From an uncultured Gemmatimonadales bacterium (GTDB lineage: Bacteria; Gemmatimonadota; Gemmatimonadetes; Gemmatimonadales; GWC2-71-9): a stretch of 64,000 bases of DNA. Location of the stretch: positions 576,001 through 640,000 of the forward strand of contig CAVVKJ010000010.1 in assembly GCA_963748815.1 (NCBI GenBank), read 5' to 3'. Positions 9,627 through 19,193 of the stretch are shown here, piece by piece. Positions within the stretch are counted from its first letter, which is position 1, and every line of letters starts with the position of its first letter. The notes under the pieces are model-generated. The model was not told where the DNA came from and ran no database searches. It saw nothing but the letters and a program-made list of their open reading frames with translations. The position numbers were made by a program, and so were the translations under genes.

Positions 9627-10225
9627 GCCGCGGTGTTCCCCGCCGCGAGGCGCTGGAGCACGAGTTCCGAAATCCCCTTGAGCGTCTCGAAGACGCCATG
9701 CCCGTGCAGGCAGTCGGCGCCGAAACTCCGGACGCCGCGGAAATTGAGGGCGTCGTCGAGTTCGGCCGGACTGAGGATCAGGTCCCGCGGGAGGTCTTGC
9801 TTGTTGTACTGGAAGACGACCGGCAGCTGCCGGATGTCGACCCCCTGGGCCAGGAGGTTTTCCTGCAGGTTCTGGAGGCTTTCCACATTGTCGTCGTACC
9901 GCCGGGCCTGGCTGTCGCCGACGAACACCACGCCGTCGGCGCCCTGAAGGACCAGCTTGCGGGTCGCGTTGTAGTACACCTGCCCCGGCACGGTGTAGAG
10001 CTGGAAGCGGGTGGTGAACCCGCTGATGCTGCCGAGATCGATCGGCAGGAAGTCGAAGAAGAGGGTGCGGTCGGACTGCGTGGCCAGCGACACCATCCGG
10101 CCGCGCCGCCCCTCGGGCACCCGGCCGTAGATGTATTGCAGGTTCGTCGTCTTGCCGGACCGCCCAGGTCCGTAATAGACGATCTTGCAGGTGATTTCCC
10201 TGGTCGTGAAGTTGACGAGCGACAT
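9623..10225 (-). CDS. mglA: MglA-family small Ras-like GTPase
   Basis: REITCKIVYYGPGRSGKTTNL, DRTLFFDFLP, LYTVPGQV, GADGVVFV.DSQ, QYNKQDL: near-identical layout to Myxococcus MglA. Confidence 0.95.
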   Translation of the reverse strand: MSLVNFTTREITCKIVYYGPGRSGKTTNLQYIYGRVPEGRRGRMVSLATQSDRTLFFDFLPIDLGSISGFTTRFQLYTVPGQVYYNATRKLVLQGADGVVFVGDSQARRYDDNVESLQNLQENLLAQGVDIRQLPVVFQYNKQDLPRDLILSPAELDDALNFRGVRSFGADCLHGHGVFETLKGISELVLQRLAAGNTAA

Positions 10226-10228
10226 CCG

Positions 10229-10690
10229 TTACCGTCCGAACAGCGAGCGGAGGCTCGCGTTGAGTTCATTTTCGAAGTCCGCCGCGAGCACCTCGCGCGC
10301 GGGCGTGTCCGCTGGAGCCACCGCGCGGAGCTCCTCGACGAGCCGATCGAAGAAGAGCCGCACCAGGCCGAGCGAGCTGTCGCGGTCGTAGACCACCAGC
10401 CCGATCCATCGGCCCTGTGGGAGGTCGAACCCGGCCAGGAAGAGCCCCCGCGACGGCCCCTGGTGGCTGAGTGAACGCGAGGCGCCGGAGGCGGTGAGCC
10501 GTCCCAGCTCCTCGGTGCTGGCCATGATCGCGGCCCCGAGCGCGGAAGCTGACATCACATCGAGCGCGCGGGTGAACCCGTGCTGCGCCACCACCTGACC
10601 CGACGAGGTGGTCAGGAGCACCACCCGGGCGGAGGATTCGGTGAGGAAGCGTTGCAAGGGTTCGGCCACCCAGGGCTCGATGACGCGCAT
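10229..10690 (-). CDS. mglB: MglB-like roadblock/LC7 protein with C-terminal amphipathic helix
   Basis: MRVIEPW...FLTESSARVVLLTTSSGQVVAQHG...SALGAAIMAST..L...VVYDRDSSLGLVRL...DFENELNASLRSLFGR; directly upstream of mglA. ATG at 10690. Confidence 0.8.
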   Translation of the reverse strand: MRVIEPWVAEPLQRFLTESSARVVLLTTSSGQVVAQHGFTRALDVMSASALGAAIMASTEELGRLTASGASRSLSHQGPSRGLFLAGFDLPQGRWIGLVVYDRDSSLGLVRLFFDRLVEELRAVAPADTPAREVLAADFENELNASLRSLFGR

Positions 10691-11040
10691 CAGCCGACCT
10701 GGTCCGCGGCCCGCCGCAGTTCGAGTCGCACCAGGCCGACATTCACCTCGGGGTCCGTCACCGCCACGACCAGCAGGTCTCCCGGGGCTGGCACCGCCAT
10801 CAGGCCGCCGCCGTTGGCGCGGAGATGCACGAAGGCCGGAGCCGTCCGCCCGGCCGCCTCCGTGGCGCGCGCCAGCCGGGCCACGACGCCGGCGGTCAGC
10901 GCGGCCACCGCCGCGCCGTCGATCCCCTCCATCGACGACTCCGCCACCACCAGCCCCTCCTCGGCCGATACAACCATGGCACCCCGCACCCCGCGCACCC
11001 GGGTGATCGACTCCAGCGAGGCGGTGATGTCGGTCCTCAT
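10690..11040 (-). CDS. Roadblock/LC7 domain protein (MglB/MglC-like)
   Basis: LESITRVRGVRGAMVVSAEEGLVV...AVAAL...VNVGLVRLELRRAA; ATG 11040 overlaps the upstream TGA. Confidence 0.88.
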   Translation of the reverse strand: MRTDITASLESITRVRGVRGAMVVSAEEGLVVAESSMEGIDGAAVAALTAGVVARLARATEAAGRTAPAFVHLRANGGGLMAVPAPGDLLVVAVTDPEVNVGLVRLELRRAADQVG

Positions 11041-11888
11041 GCCGCCCCCTCCAGCCACCGGCGCGCGGCCTCGGAGGCACGTTCCGCCTGGAGCGCCAGC
11101 CGGCCGATCGGCACACTGTTGTCGCGGACGAGCAGGAGGAGCGACTCCGACGTCGGGGCGCAGAGGAAGAGGTTCGCGTCGGCGGTTTCCGCGGCGACGC
11201 TGGTCCATGACCCCAGCGAGAGCAGCCGGGCCGCCCGCTCGGCGTCGCGGAACACACCCGCGAGATGCGCCGACACCGCATCGCCGACGGCAGTGCCGTC
11301 GGGTGCCGAGAGGCCGCCCCCGAGCCGCAACCCCTCGCCGTCGAGCAGCAGCAGGCCGTCGTGCGCCCCTTCCAGCCCGGCGAAAATGGCGGGACGATCC
11401 ACCTCGCCACCGGCGCGCAGCGTGGCGGCCACGGGGCCGCTGTCCACCGGGCCGCGGGGCGGCGGGGCGGCGGCACCAGGAACCGCGAGGGCCTCACGCA
11501 CGCGCTCGACCGCCGCGGCCACACCTTCGGCCTCGGGATCGGCCTTCAACGCCGACTCCAGATGTTCAAGCGCCTTGGGCAGGTCGCCCGCCACGTAATA
11601 GAGGAACCCGATCCCCTTGTGCGCCCCCGCATGCCGGCCATCGAGTCGGAGGGCAATGTCCCACTCGTCGAAGGCGCGCTCGAGGTCACCCTGGTCGCCG
11701 AGGATTCGGGCCAGGAGGTCGTGCGCGTCGGCCAGCTCCGGATACCGGGTGAGCCCGGCGATCGCGACCTTTCCCGCCGCCTCCAGCTGCCCGCGGCGGC
11801 GCAGCGCCTCCCCGAGCGGCAGGAAGACCAGGCTCGACGGATCGGCCGCAAGCCGCGCGGTCAGGACGCGGATGTCTTCATTGCTCAC
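11037..11888 (-). CDS. TPR plus roadblock/LC7 fusion protein
   Basis: GTG start MSNEDIRVLTARLAADPSSLVFLPLGEAL; TPR repeats; C-terminal roadblock-like GLLLLDGEGLRLGG...VSAHLAGVFRDAERAARLL...PIGRL. Confidence 0.82.
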   Translation of the reverse strand: MSNEDIRVLTARLAADPSSLVFLPLGEALRRRGQLEAAGKVAIAGLTRYPELADAHDLLARILGDQGDLERAFDEWDIALRLDGRHAGAHKGIGFLYYVAGDLPKALEHLESALKADPEAEGVAAAVERVREALAVPGAAAPPPRGPVDSGPVAATLRAGGEVDRPAIFAGLEGAHDGLLLLDGEGLRLGGGLSAPDGTAVGDAVSAHLAGVFRDAERAARLLSLGSWTSVAAETADANLFLCAPTSESLLLLVRDNSVPIGRLALQAERASEAARRWLEGAA

Positions 11889-13035
11889 GGCGTCCTCCCA
11901 ATGCGTCCTTGAGGGTGTGCACGGCGGCGCGCCAGCGGCGCACCGTCTCTTCCCGGCCCCGTTCACCGTCGGGCCAGGACTCCAGCGCTTCCCAGCGCGC
12001 CCAGGCCTCGAGCGCCGCACCGAACTGCGCCCGGCCCGCCTCCGCCAGCCCAAGCAAGCGAAGCGCAGCGGGGGCGTCCGGCTCGCAGCGCAACGCCTGG
12101 TTCAAGCGAAGCACCGCCTCGTCGTACCGCGCCTCCTGCAGCAGCACCCGCCCAAGCACCAGGTGGGCGGCCCCCTCCTCCGGGAAGGCCAGCACCGCCT
12201 CCTCCGCGGTGAAGCGGGCCCGCGCCACCTCGCCGAGCAGCAACGCCTCCTCCGTCGCGGCGACCAGCACCGCCAGGTCGTGCACCGGCGACTCGGCCTC
12301 CTGGCCGGAGGGCGTCGGCTCCGCCACGCCGATGACCCCGGCCGAGGCCAGGCCGAAAAGCGTCCGCGCCACGTCGAAGTCCGACCGCCCCAGCTGTGCC
12401 GCAAGGGAGCGGACGTCGGTCATCCCGTCGATCCCGGCGAGCACCTCCCACTCGAAGGGGAGGAGGTCGAGCTGCCCGCCGTCGTCGGCGGCCGACCCGG
12501 TGAAGCGGGGGATGACGCCGAGGTGCGGGACCTTGGCCTCGATCCGGGACCACTCGTCGATCCGACGGGCCGCTTCCATCAGCAGCGACTCGGTGGGAAT
12601 GCGAATCGTCGCTTCCCCCAACGAGTCGGGGAGCGGCCCGTCCTCGAACGAAAAATAGCCTTCCGACCAGCTCATCAGCTCAAAAATGACCTCCTCGACC
12701 TGGATCCGGATCTGGCGCTCCAGCTCCTTCTTGGGCAGCGCCCCGATTTCCACCAGAATGTCGCCCAGGCGATGCCCAGGTCGCGTGCGCTGGATGGCCG
12801 CCGCCCGGGCGACGTCGTCTTCCCGGACCTTTCCGGTACGGACGAGTAACGCCCCGAGCGGGTGCGGATTGCTTCGAATCTCGGCGGCAATGACGCCGCC
12901 CACGTTGAAGTACACGACCCCCGCGTTCTGGCGCAGCTCGGAGGTGACCCGCAACACCCCTGTCTTCCGGCCCAGGTCGAGTAGCTGGAAGACGTCATGG
13001 ATCTGCAGTTCCTTCAGCGGGCCTTCGATCGGCAC
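11878..13035 (-). CDS. DUF4388 domain with MshEN-like insert and TPRs (paralog of 6010-7629)
   Basis: MPIEGPLKELQIHDVFQLLDLGRKTGVL...MSWSEGYFSF...ESLLMEAARRIDEW; RLGDILVEIGAL. Confidence 0.87.
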   Translation of the reverse strand: MPIEGPLKELQIHDVFQLLDLGRKTGVLRVTSELRQNAGVVYFNVGGVIAAEIRSNPHPLGALLVRTGKVREDDVARAAAIQRTRPGHRLGDILVEIGALPKKELERQIRIQVEEVIFELMSWSEGYFSFEDGPLPDSLGEATIRIPTESLLMEAARRIDEWSRIEAKVPHLGVIPRFTGSAADDGGQLDLLPFEWEVLAGIDGMTDVRSLAAQLGRSDFDVARTLFGLASAGVIGVAEPTPSGQEAESPVHDLAVLVAATEEALLLGEVARARFTAEEAVLAFPEEGAAHLVLGRVLLQEARYDEAVLRLNQALRCEPDAPAALRLLGLAEAGRAQFGAALEAWARWEALESWPDGERGREETVRRWRAAVHTLKDALGGRREQ

Positions 13036-13038
13036 CGG

Positions 13039-15732
13039 TTACTCCGCCGCGGCGGTGAAGATGTGCACCAGGTCCCGCGTCGAGCGGAGCTGGTTGCGCG
13101 CCGCCGAGGCCAGCGCGCCCCCCGGATCGGTGCGCACCACGCGTTCCCACTGGTCCGAGGCCTCGCGGTAGCGTCGGACGCGCACCAGCGCCGCCCCATA
13201 GGCGAGTCGGGCCTGGCCCGCCTCGGGATCGAACCGGAGGACGCGCTCGAACGCCTCGATCGCCTTGTCGGCGCGACCATCCTCGAGCAGCAGCTCGCCG
13301 AGCAGCGTCAGCGCCTCGAGATCCCACGGGTCGGCGCCGAGCAGGGCGATCAGCGGCGCCATCGCGGTCTTCGGCGTGTCGATCCGTCGGAGCAGCCGGG
13401 CGAGGGCGCGCGCCGCCTCGGAGTATGTCGGCAGCAGGTCCAGGGCCCGCTGGAAGGCGAGGCGCGCGCCGGTCCAGTTGCTCCGTTCCTCCTCGAGCGT
13501 TCCCAGTTCAAGCCAGACCTGGACGAGTCCGCTGTCGAGTTGCAGCGCCGCCTGGTACGCGTCGAGCGCGGCTTCCCGCTCGCCGAGGCGGCGGGACACC
13601 CCGGCCTGGAGCTGCAGGAGGTCGGGCCGGCCGGGGGCGCGCGACTGCGCCTCGCGCAGCGCGTCGAGCGCACGGACCGGATCGCCGGTGGCCAGGCGGA
13701 CCCGGGCACAGGCAACAAGCGCCTCGACGTGGTTCGGCGCGAGCTGGGCCAGTCCTTCCGCCCCCGCCGCCGCCTCCTCCGCCCGGTCGAGGGCGAGGAG
13801 GGAGCGGACCTCTCCCAGCAGCGCGTTCACGTCGGCGGGATCGGCGGTGCGCGCCTCGCGATAGCGCTCGAGCGCTTCGCCGTGCAGCCCGCGCTTGCCG
13901 AAGATGTCGCCGAGGAGCACGGCCACCCGGGCGCGGGAGGCGCCGCGGCTGATGGCCCGCGTCAGCTCTGCGGAGGCCAGCTCGAGCAGGCCCTTGCTGA
14001 TGTAGTCGCGCGCGAGCGACAGCGCCGCGTCCTCGGCCGCCGGCGGCGTGGCCGCGACAGGCGCTTCGGGCGCCAGGTCCTCGAAGATGCCCTCGAGCAG
14101 CGTGGCGTCGAAGACGAAGGAGTCGCCGAGGTCGGTCGCCGTCACGTCGGCGCTGATCTCCGGGACGATGGCGATCAGCGGGTCCTCGTACTGCAGGTCG
14201 ATGGAGAGCTGGAACTTCTGTTGGATGTAGTAGGGCTCGAGCTCCAGGGCGCGCTTGGTGGCGCGGAGGGCACCATCGAAATCGCCCAGCTGGCTGAGGG
14301 TGAAGCTCAGGTTGTAGTGCGCCGAGGCGTACTCGGGGGACGCGTCCACCGCGCGGGCAAAGGCGTTCTTCGCGTCCGCGTACCGATGGAGCTCCATCAG
14401 CACGAGGCCGATGCCGTTCCAGGCGGCGGCGTTGGTGGGATGGTCGCCCAGCACGGCGCGATAGGTCTCCAGCGCCGGCTGGAACCGCCGGAGCTGAAAG
14501 AGCAGCAGCGCGAGATTCAGGCGTGGCGCCGCGAGATCGCGCCGGACCTGCAGGGCGGCGCGGAACGCGGCCTCCGCCTCGCCGCTTCCCGGGTCGTGGG
14601 CCAGGAGCACGCCGAGATTGTTCCAGGCGAGCGCGTAGTCGGCGTCCAGCGAGATGGCGTGCTCGTAGGAATCGCGTGCCGCGTCCCGGCGCCCCGCCTG
14701 GTGCAGGCAGACGCCGCGCTCGTTCCAGACCTTCGGCGAGTCGGCGTGCTCCTCGACAAGGGCGTCGTACAACTCCAGCGCCCCGGCGAGGTCCCGCCGC
14801 AGGAGGTGCACCTCGGCCATGGCCTGCAGGGTCAGGCGGCGGTCTTCCCCGTGGTCCAGCGCCATCCGGTACTCGCGGAGCGCCTCGGGGTAGTAGCCCT
14901 TTTGCCGGAAGGCGAGCCCGAGGTTGAAATGCGCCAGCGTGCTGCCCTCGGCGAGCGCGGGACGCATCGAATCGGCCAGCGACTGCCGGCCCGGCATGGA
15001 GCCGTCGTCGGGATGCTCGATGGTGAGGTTGGCCTGGGCGCGCCCGAGGGTGGGATTGAGCGCGATGGCCCGCTTGGTCGAGGCGCGGGCGTCGTCGTGC
15101 AGCCCCATGTCGCCGAGGACGAAGGCCAGGAGGTAGTGCGCGTCGGCGTAGTCGGGGTTGCGGTGCACCGCCTGCCGCAGCGTTTCGAGCGCCGCCTCGT
15201 TCAGCCCGCGGTTGTAAAGCGCCTCCCCGTAGTAGAAGAGCGCGACGGGGCTGTCGGGATCCTGCTCCGCCGCCTGGCGGAACCAGTCCTCCGCCACTTC
15301 CACGCGCCCCCGGGCCTTTTCGGCGAGGCCGAGCTGGAGCAGCGCGGGGATGTCATCGGGGTGCCAGGCGAGGAGTGCCTCGAACTCGGCGACCGCCTCG
15401 TCGGTGTGCCCGAGCGCGGCATAGGCGCGCGCCAGCTCCCACCGGGCTTCCCGGTCGCCGGCCTCGCGGCGGAGCCGCTCGCGGAGTTCCGTGACCCGCT
15501 GGTCGTAGTACCCGCTGGCCCGGTAGGTGATTTCGAGGTTGCCCTGCGCCACCTGCATGCGGGGATCGAGCTCGAGGGCGCGGGAGAATTCGGCGACGGC
15601 CTCGGGGATGAGGCCCTTCTGGTAGTACAGGACGCCGAGGTTGTTGTGCGCCCCGGCGTCGGACGGGTCGATGCGGCGGGCGAACGACCGCAGGACCGCG
15701 AGGTCCCGTTCGGGCAGCGCCGGACCGCCCAT
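13039..15732 (-). CDS. Large multi-TPR scaffold protein (897 aa)
   Basis: Many canonical TPRs (AHNNLGVLYYQKGL, AHFNLGLAFRQKG, AWNNLGVLL, AHYNLSFTL). Confidence 0.9.
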   Translation of the reverse strand: MGGPALPERDLAVLRSFARRIDPSDAGAHNNLGVLYYQKGLIPEAVAEFSRALELDPRMQVAQGNLEITYRASGYYDQRVTELRERLRREAGDREARWELARAYAALGHTDEAVAEFEALLAWHPDDIPALLQLGLAEKARGRVEVAEDWFRQAAEQDPDSPVALFYYGEALYNRGLNEAALETLRQAVHRNPDYADAHYLLAFVLGDMGLHDDARASTKRAIALNPTLGRAQANLTIEHPDDGSMPGRQSLADSMRPALAEGSTLAHFNLGLAFRQKGYYPEALREYRMALDHGEDRRLTLQAMAEVHLLRRDLAGALELYDALVEEHADSPKVWNERGVCLHQAGRRDAARDSYEHAISLDADYALAWNNLGVLLAHDPGSGEAEAAFRAALQVRRDLAAPRLNLALLLFQLRRFQPALETYRAVLGDHPTNAAAWNGIGLVLMELHRYADAKNAFARAVDASPEYASAHYNLSFTLSQLGDFDGALRATKRALELEPYYIQQKFQLSIDLQYEDPLIAIVPEISADVTATDLGDSFVFDATLLEGIFEDLAPEAPVAATPPAAEDAALSLARDYISKGLLELASAELTRAISRGASRARVAVLLGDIFGKRGLHGEALERYREARTADPADVNALLGEVRSLLALDRAEEAAAGAEGLAQLAPNHVEALVACARVRLATGDPVRALDALREAQSRAPGRPDLLQLQAGVSRRLGEREAALDAYQAALQLDSGLVQVWLELGTLEEERSNWTGARLAFQRALDLLPTYSEAARALARLLRRIDTPKTAMAPLIALLGADPWDLEALTLLGELLLEDGRADKAIEAFERVLRFDPEAGQARLAYGAALVRVRRYREASDQWERVVRTDPGGALASAARNQLRSTRDLVHIFTAAAE

Positions 15733-15735
15733 TGA

Positions 15736-16356
15736 TCAGCCGACGCGAATGGCGTCGAAAATGGCCCGCAGCGACGCCAAGTCGGGCAGGAGGAGGAAGT
15801 GCCCCTTCAGGTTGGACGTGTCCCCCTCGAACTGGAACTCGGACTCGACGCAGAAGACGTAGTCGCGCTCCGAGCCGAAGTTGAGGTAGGTCGAGGTCAG
15901 CACCGCGGCGCTGAGGTCCACGACGAGGCTGGGCACCGAGGGCACCAGCATCATCCCCATGAAGTCGCTGAGCGCGTTCAGGTAGGCGCTGCTCAGGATG
16001 TTGCCGACCTCCTTGATGCCCGACTGCTCCATCACGCCGAACTCGGTGGTGGTGCCGGGCGGGCGCCGAAGCAGTATATCGCAGAGGGCGTAGGCGGACG
16101 GTTCCGGGAAGAGGAGGAGGGTCCGCCCGGTCAGGTCGCCCATCATGTGCATCAGGACGGCGGCCACCACTTCCTCGGGGTCGCCGAGGACCTCGGGCAC
16201 TTCCTCGAGCGGCGTGACCGTGACCTCGGGCACGCTGATCATGATCTTCTTGTTGGTCATCTGGGAGAGCGCCGTGGCGGCGTGCCCCGCCCCGATGTTC
16301 GCCACCTCCTTGAGGGCGTCGAACTGGAGCTCCTTCAGATCGCGCACGTCTTCCAT
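15736..16356 (-). CDS. cheC: Chemotaxis phosphatase CheC
   Basis: DALKEVANIGAGHAATALSQM and SGIKEVGNILSSAYLNALSDF (two ExxN active sites); ATG 16356 follows GGAG. Confidence 0.95.
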   Translation of the reverse strand: MEDVRDLKELQFDALKEVANIGAGHAATALSQMTNKKIMISVPEVTVTPLEEVPEVLGDPEEVVAAVLMHMMGDLTGRTLLLFPEPSAYALCDILLRRPPGTTTEFGVMEQSGIKEVGNILSSAYLNALSDFMGMMLVPSVPSLVVDLSAAVLTSTYLNFGSERDYVFCVESEFQFEGDTSNLKGHFLLLPDLASLRAIFDAIRVG

Positions 16357-16366
16357 ACGAGTCTCC

Positions 16367-18334
16367 CTAGACGAGGGCCGCGGCATCCAGGATCAGCGCC
16401 GGCGTGCCGTCCGCGAGGATGGTCGCGCCGCTGAACAGCGGGGCGGTTCCCTTCGGGGCATCGAACGGCTCGACCACGACTTCCTGTTGTCCCATCAGCG
16501 AATCCACCACCACGGCCGACCGACGGTCGCCCACTTCCAGCACCAGCCCGGGCCGCCGCAGGGGAACCTCCCCGCCGTCCACGCCGAGCAGCGCGCGCAG
16601 ATGCACCGTCGGAATGACCCGGTCGCGCAGCACGATGGCCTCGCGCCCGTTGACCTCCGTGGCCGGCTGGGCGTCGAACTCCACCGTTTCCGCCACGTAC
16701 GACAGCGGCAGGAGGTAGCGCTCCGTTCCGACTCGGGCCGTCAGCACCCGCAGGATGGCGAGCGTCAGCGGGAGCCGCAGGGTGAAGGTCGTGCCCGTCC
16801 CGGGCGCGCTCGAGATTTCCACCGCGCCGCCGTGCGCCCGGACCCGGGTCAGCACGACGTCGATGCCGACGCCCCGGCCCGAGACGCTGCTCACCCGTTC
16901 CGCCGTGCTGAACCCCGGCCGGCCGAGCACCTTGAGCAGGAGGTCGTCGGTGAGGGTCTCCACCTCGACGCCGATGACCCCTTCCCGCTTCGCCTTGGCC
17001 AGGATGGCGCGGCGGTCGATGCCGCGCCCGTCGTCCTGGATCCGGATCGCAACGCTGCTGTGTTCGCGGGCCGCGGAGAGCACCAGCCGCCCCTCCGCCG
17101 GCTTCCCGTGCCGCTGGCGCTCCTCGGGGGACTCGAGGCCGTGATCCACCGCATTCCGCAAGAGATGAAGGAGCGGGTCGCCGAGTTCGTCGAGGATGGC
17201 CCGGTCGAGCTCGATGCCCTCCCCCTCCATCTCGAACCGCACCTGCTTGCCCAGCTGGCGGGCGAGGTCCCGGACCGCGCGCGGGAAGCGGTCGAACACC
17301 TGCCAGACCGGAGTCATCCGCGCCTCGATGATTTCCGCCTGCAGGTCCGAGACCAACCGGCTGATCCGCGCCCCGAGCGCCTCGAGTTCGCCGCCGGGGT
17401 CGAGCTGGGCGAGCTCCACCAGCCGGTTCCGGGCGACGACGAGCTCGCCGACCTGGCTCATGAGGGCGTCGAGCCGGCGGCGGTCGACCCGAATTTGCCC
17501 GCTGCGTGCCGAGGGCACGGCCGGCGCCGCGGGCGCGGCTGCCGTGGGGATTCGCCACTCCGCCGTCTGGACGGTATCGGCGTCCACCGCGACGCTGGCG
17601 ATTTCACCGGCCGCCTCGATGGCCGCCACGATCTGCGACTCGCCGATCGGGGCGTCGAGCCGGAAGGTGAAGCGTCCATCGAACCCCTGCCCATCGAACG
17701 ACGCGGCAGGCGGCATCACGCCCGTCACCTTGCCCAGCTGCTCCGCGCGCCGCAGGGCCAGATGGGCCCTCGCGCCGAGGAGCGGCGCGTCCGGCCGGAT
17801 CTCGACGCGAACCACCCGGCCCCCCTCGTCGCCAAAATCCGCCAGCTGGATCGGCATCGACGCGGGGGGTGCCACGGCCGGCTCGGGTTCGGGTGCAGCG
17901 CCCTTCTTCCCTTTGCGCGTTCCCGATTTCCTGGCCGGCGCCGCCTTCACGGTCGAGGCGGTGGCCGCCGCCTCGAGCGCGGCCTGCAGTTCCCCCGCGT
18001 CGAAGCCGGCGTCCGCCCCGGCCGCCGCCTCGTCGACGCCTCGTTCCAGGGCATCGACCGCCTTGAGCAGCAGATCCACCACTTGGGGGCCGCCGGTGGC
18101 GCGCCCACCGCGGATCGCGTCAAGCAGGTGTTCGGTCCGGTGGGCCAGGTCGGCGAGCCGCCCGTACCCCATGGTGGCCGCCATGCCCTTGAGCGAATGG
18201 ATGGCCCGGAACAGCCCGGCCACCGGTTCCGTCGCGCCAGGCTCCCGCTCCCAATCGAGCAGCAGCCGGTTGCAGGTGGTCAGGTGTTCGCGGCTCTCGG
18301 CAAGAAAGAGGGCGGCGTACTTGTTGAGGTCCAT
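16367..18334 (-). CDS. cheA: Chemotaxis histidine kinase CheA
   Basis: Hpt LFRAIHSLKGMA; IRVD..RLDALM; HLLRNAVDHGLE; DDGRGID; PGFSTA; VSGRGVGIDVV; C-terminal CheW domain. Confidence 0.97.
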   Translation of the reverse strand: MDLNKYAALFLAESREHLTTCNRLLLDWEREPGATEPVAGLFRAIHSLKGMAATMGYGRLADLAHRTEHLLDAIRGGRATGGPQVVDLLLKAVDALERGVDEAAAGADAGFDAGELQAALEAAATASTVKAAPARKSGTRKGKKGAAPEPEPAVAPPASMPIQLADFGDEGGRVVRVEIRPDAPLLGARAHLALRRAEQLGKVTGVMPPAASFDGQGFDGRFTFRLDAPIGESQIVAAIEAAGEIASVAVDADTVQTAEWRIPTAAAPAAPAVPSARSGQIRVDRRRLDALMSQVGELVVARNRLVELAQLDPGGELEALGARISRLVSDLQAEIIEARMTPVWQVFDRFPRAVRDLARQLGKQVRFEMEGEGIELDRAILDELGDPLLHLLRNAVDHGLESPEERQRHGKPAEGRLVLSAAREHSSVAIRIQDDGRGIDRRAILAKAKREGVIGVEVETLTDDLLLKVLGRPGFSTAERVSSVSGRGVGIDVVLTRVRAHGGAVEISSAPGTGTTFTLRLPLTLAILRVLTARVGTERYLLPLSYVAETVEFDAQPATEVNGREAIVLRDRVIPTVHLRALLGVDGGEVPLRRPGLVLEVGDRRSAVVVDSLMGQQEVVVEPFDAPKGTAPLFSGATILADGTPALILDAAALV

Positions 18335-18338
18335 GGCG

Positions 18339-18701
18339 TCAGCCGAGGACGCGCTGTACCGCCTCGAGCACCCGGGATGGTTGGAAGGGCTTCACGACGA
18401 AATCCTTGGCGCCGGCCTGGATCGCCTCGACGACGAGGGCCTGCTGCCCCATGGCGCTGCACATCAGGATCCTGGCCTCGGGCGATTCCCGACAGATTTC
18501 GCGGACGGCGTCGATACCGCCCATATCGGGCATGACAATGTCCATGGTGACGAGATCGGGCTTGAGCTGGCGGTACTTCTCGACCGCCTGCACCCCGGTC
18601 TCGGCTTCACCCACCACCTCGAAGCCCGCCTGGGTGAGAATGTCGCTGATCATCGTCCGCATGAAGATGGCATCGTCGCACACCAGGACCGTGTGGCTCA
18701 C
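18339..18701 (-). CDS. cheY: Chemotaxis response regulator CheY (Firmicute/Thermotoga/archaeal style)
   Basis: VLVCDDAIFMR, KPDLVTMDIVMPDMGG, CSAMGQQALVVEAIQAGAKDFVVKPF. Confidence 0.95.
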   Translation of the reverse strand: MSHTVLVCDDAIFMRTMISDILTQAGFEVVGEAETGVQAVEKYRQLKPDLVTMDIVMPDMGGIDAVREICRESPEARILMCSAMGQQALVVEAIQAGAKDFVVKPFQPSRVLEAVQRVLG

Positions 18702-18719
18702 AGGTCAGTCTCCAGGCGT

Positions 18720-19193
18720 CTAAGAGGGTCGTGAAAAGGAGCGGTCGGCGCCGCTGGCGGCGCTGAGCAGTGGTGCCAGCAGCGCCTCGGTATCGAGTAC
18801 CACAAAATGGCGGCCATCCCTGCGTCCAACCGCCTTGACCAGCCTGACATCGACCCCCGGTAGCGCCTCGCGCGCCTCCAACTGGTCGGCCGGGAGTTCG
18901 AAGAGGTCGTCCACCCGCCCCACCGCAAGCCCGAGACGGCGCGTCCCAACATCGACGATCAGCAGGGCGCCCTCGTGCTCGGGCAACCGCGGCCGGTCAA
19001 GCAGGCGATGGGCGTCCACCACGGTCAACAGCGTACCCCGCACGTTCACCAGCCCGATGATGGTATCGGGGGCTCCGGGGATCCGGGTTGTCGGAAGGGG
19101 CGCCAGGATTTCGCGGGCACGGCTGGCGAGCATCCCGCAGGCCAGGTTGCCCACCTGAAATACCACGACGCGCACCGCCTGAGAGTCAGCCAT
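18720..19193 (-). CDS. cheW: CheW coupling protein
   Basis: ATG 19193 MADSQAVRVVVFQVG; TRIPGAPDTIIGLVNVRGTLLTVVD; LGLAVGRV. Confidence 0.9.
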   Translation of the reverse strand: MADSQAVRVVVFQVGNLACGMLASRAREILAPLPTTRIPGAPDTIIGLVNVRGTLLTVVDAHRLLDRPRLPEHEGALLIVDVGTRRLGLAVGRVDDLFELPADQLEAREALPGVDVRLVKAVGRRDGRHFVVLDTEALLAPLLSAASGADRSFSRPS

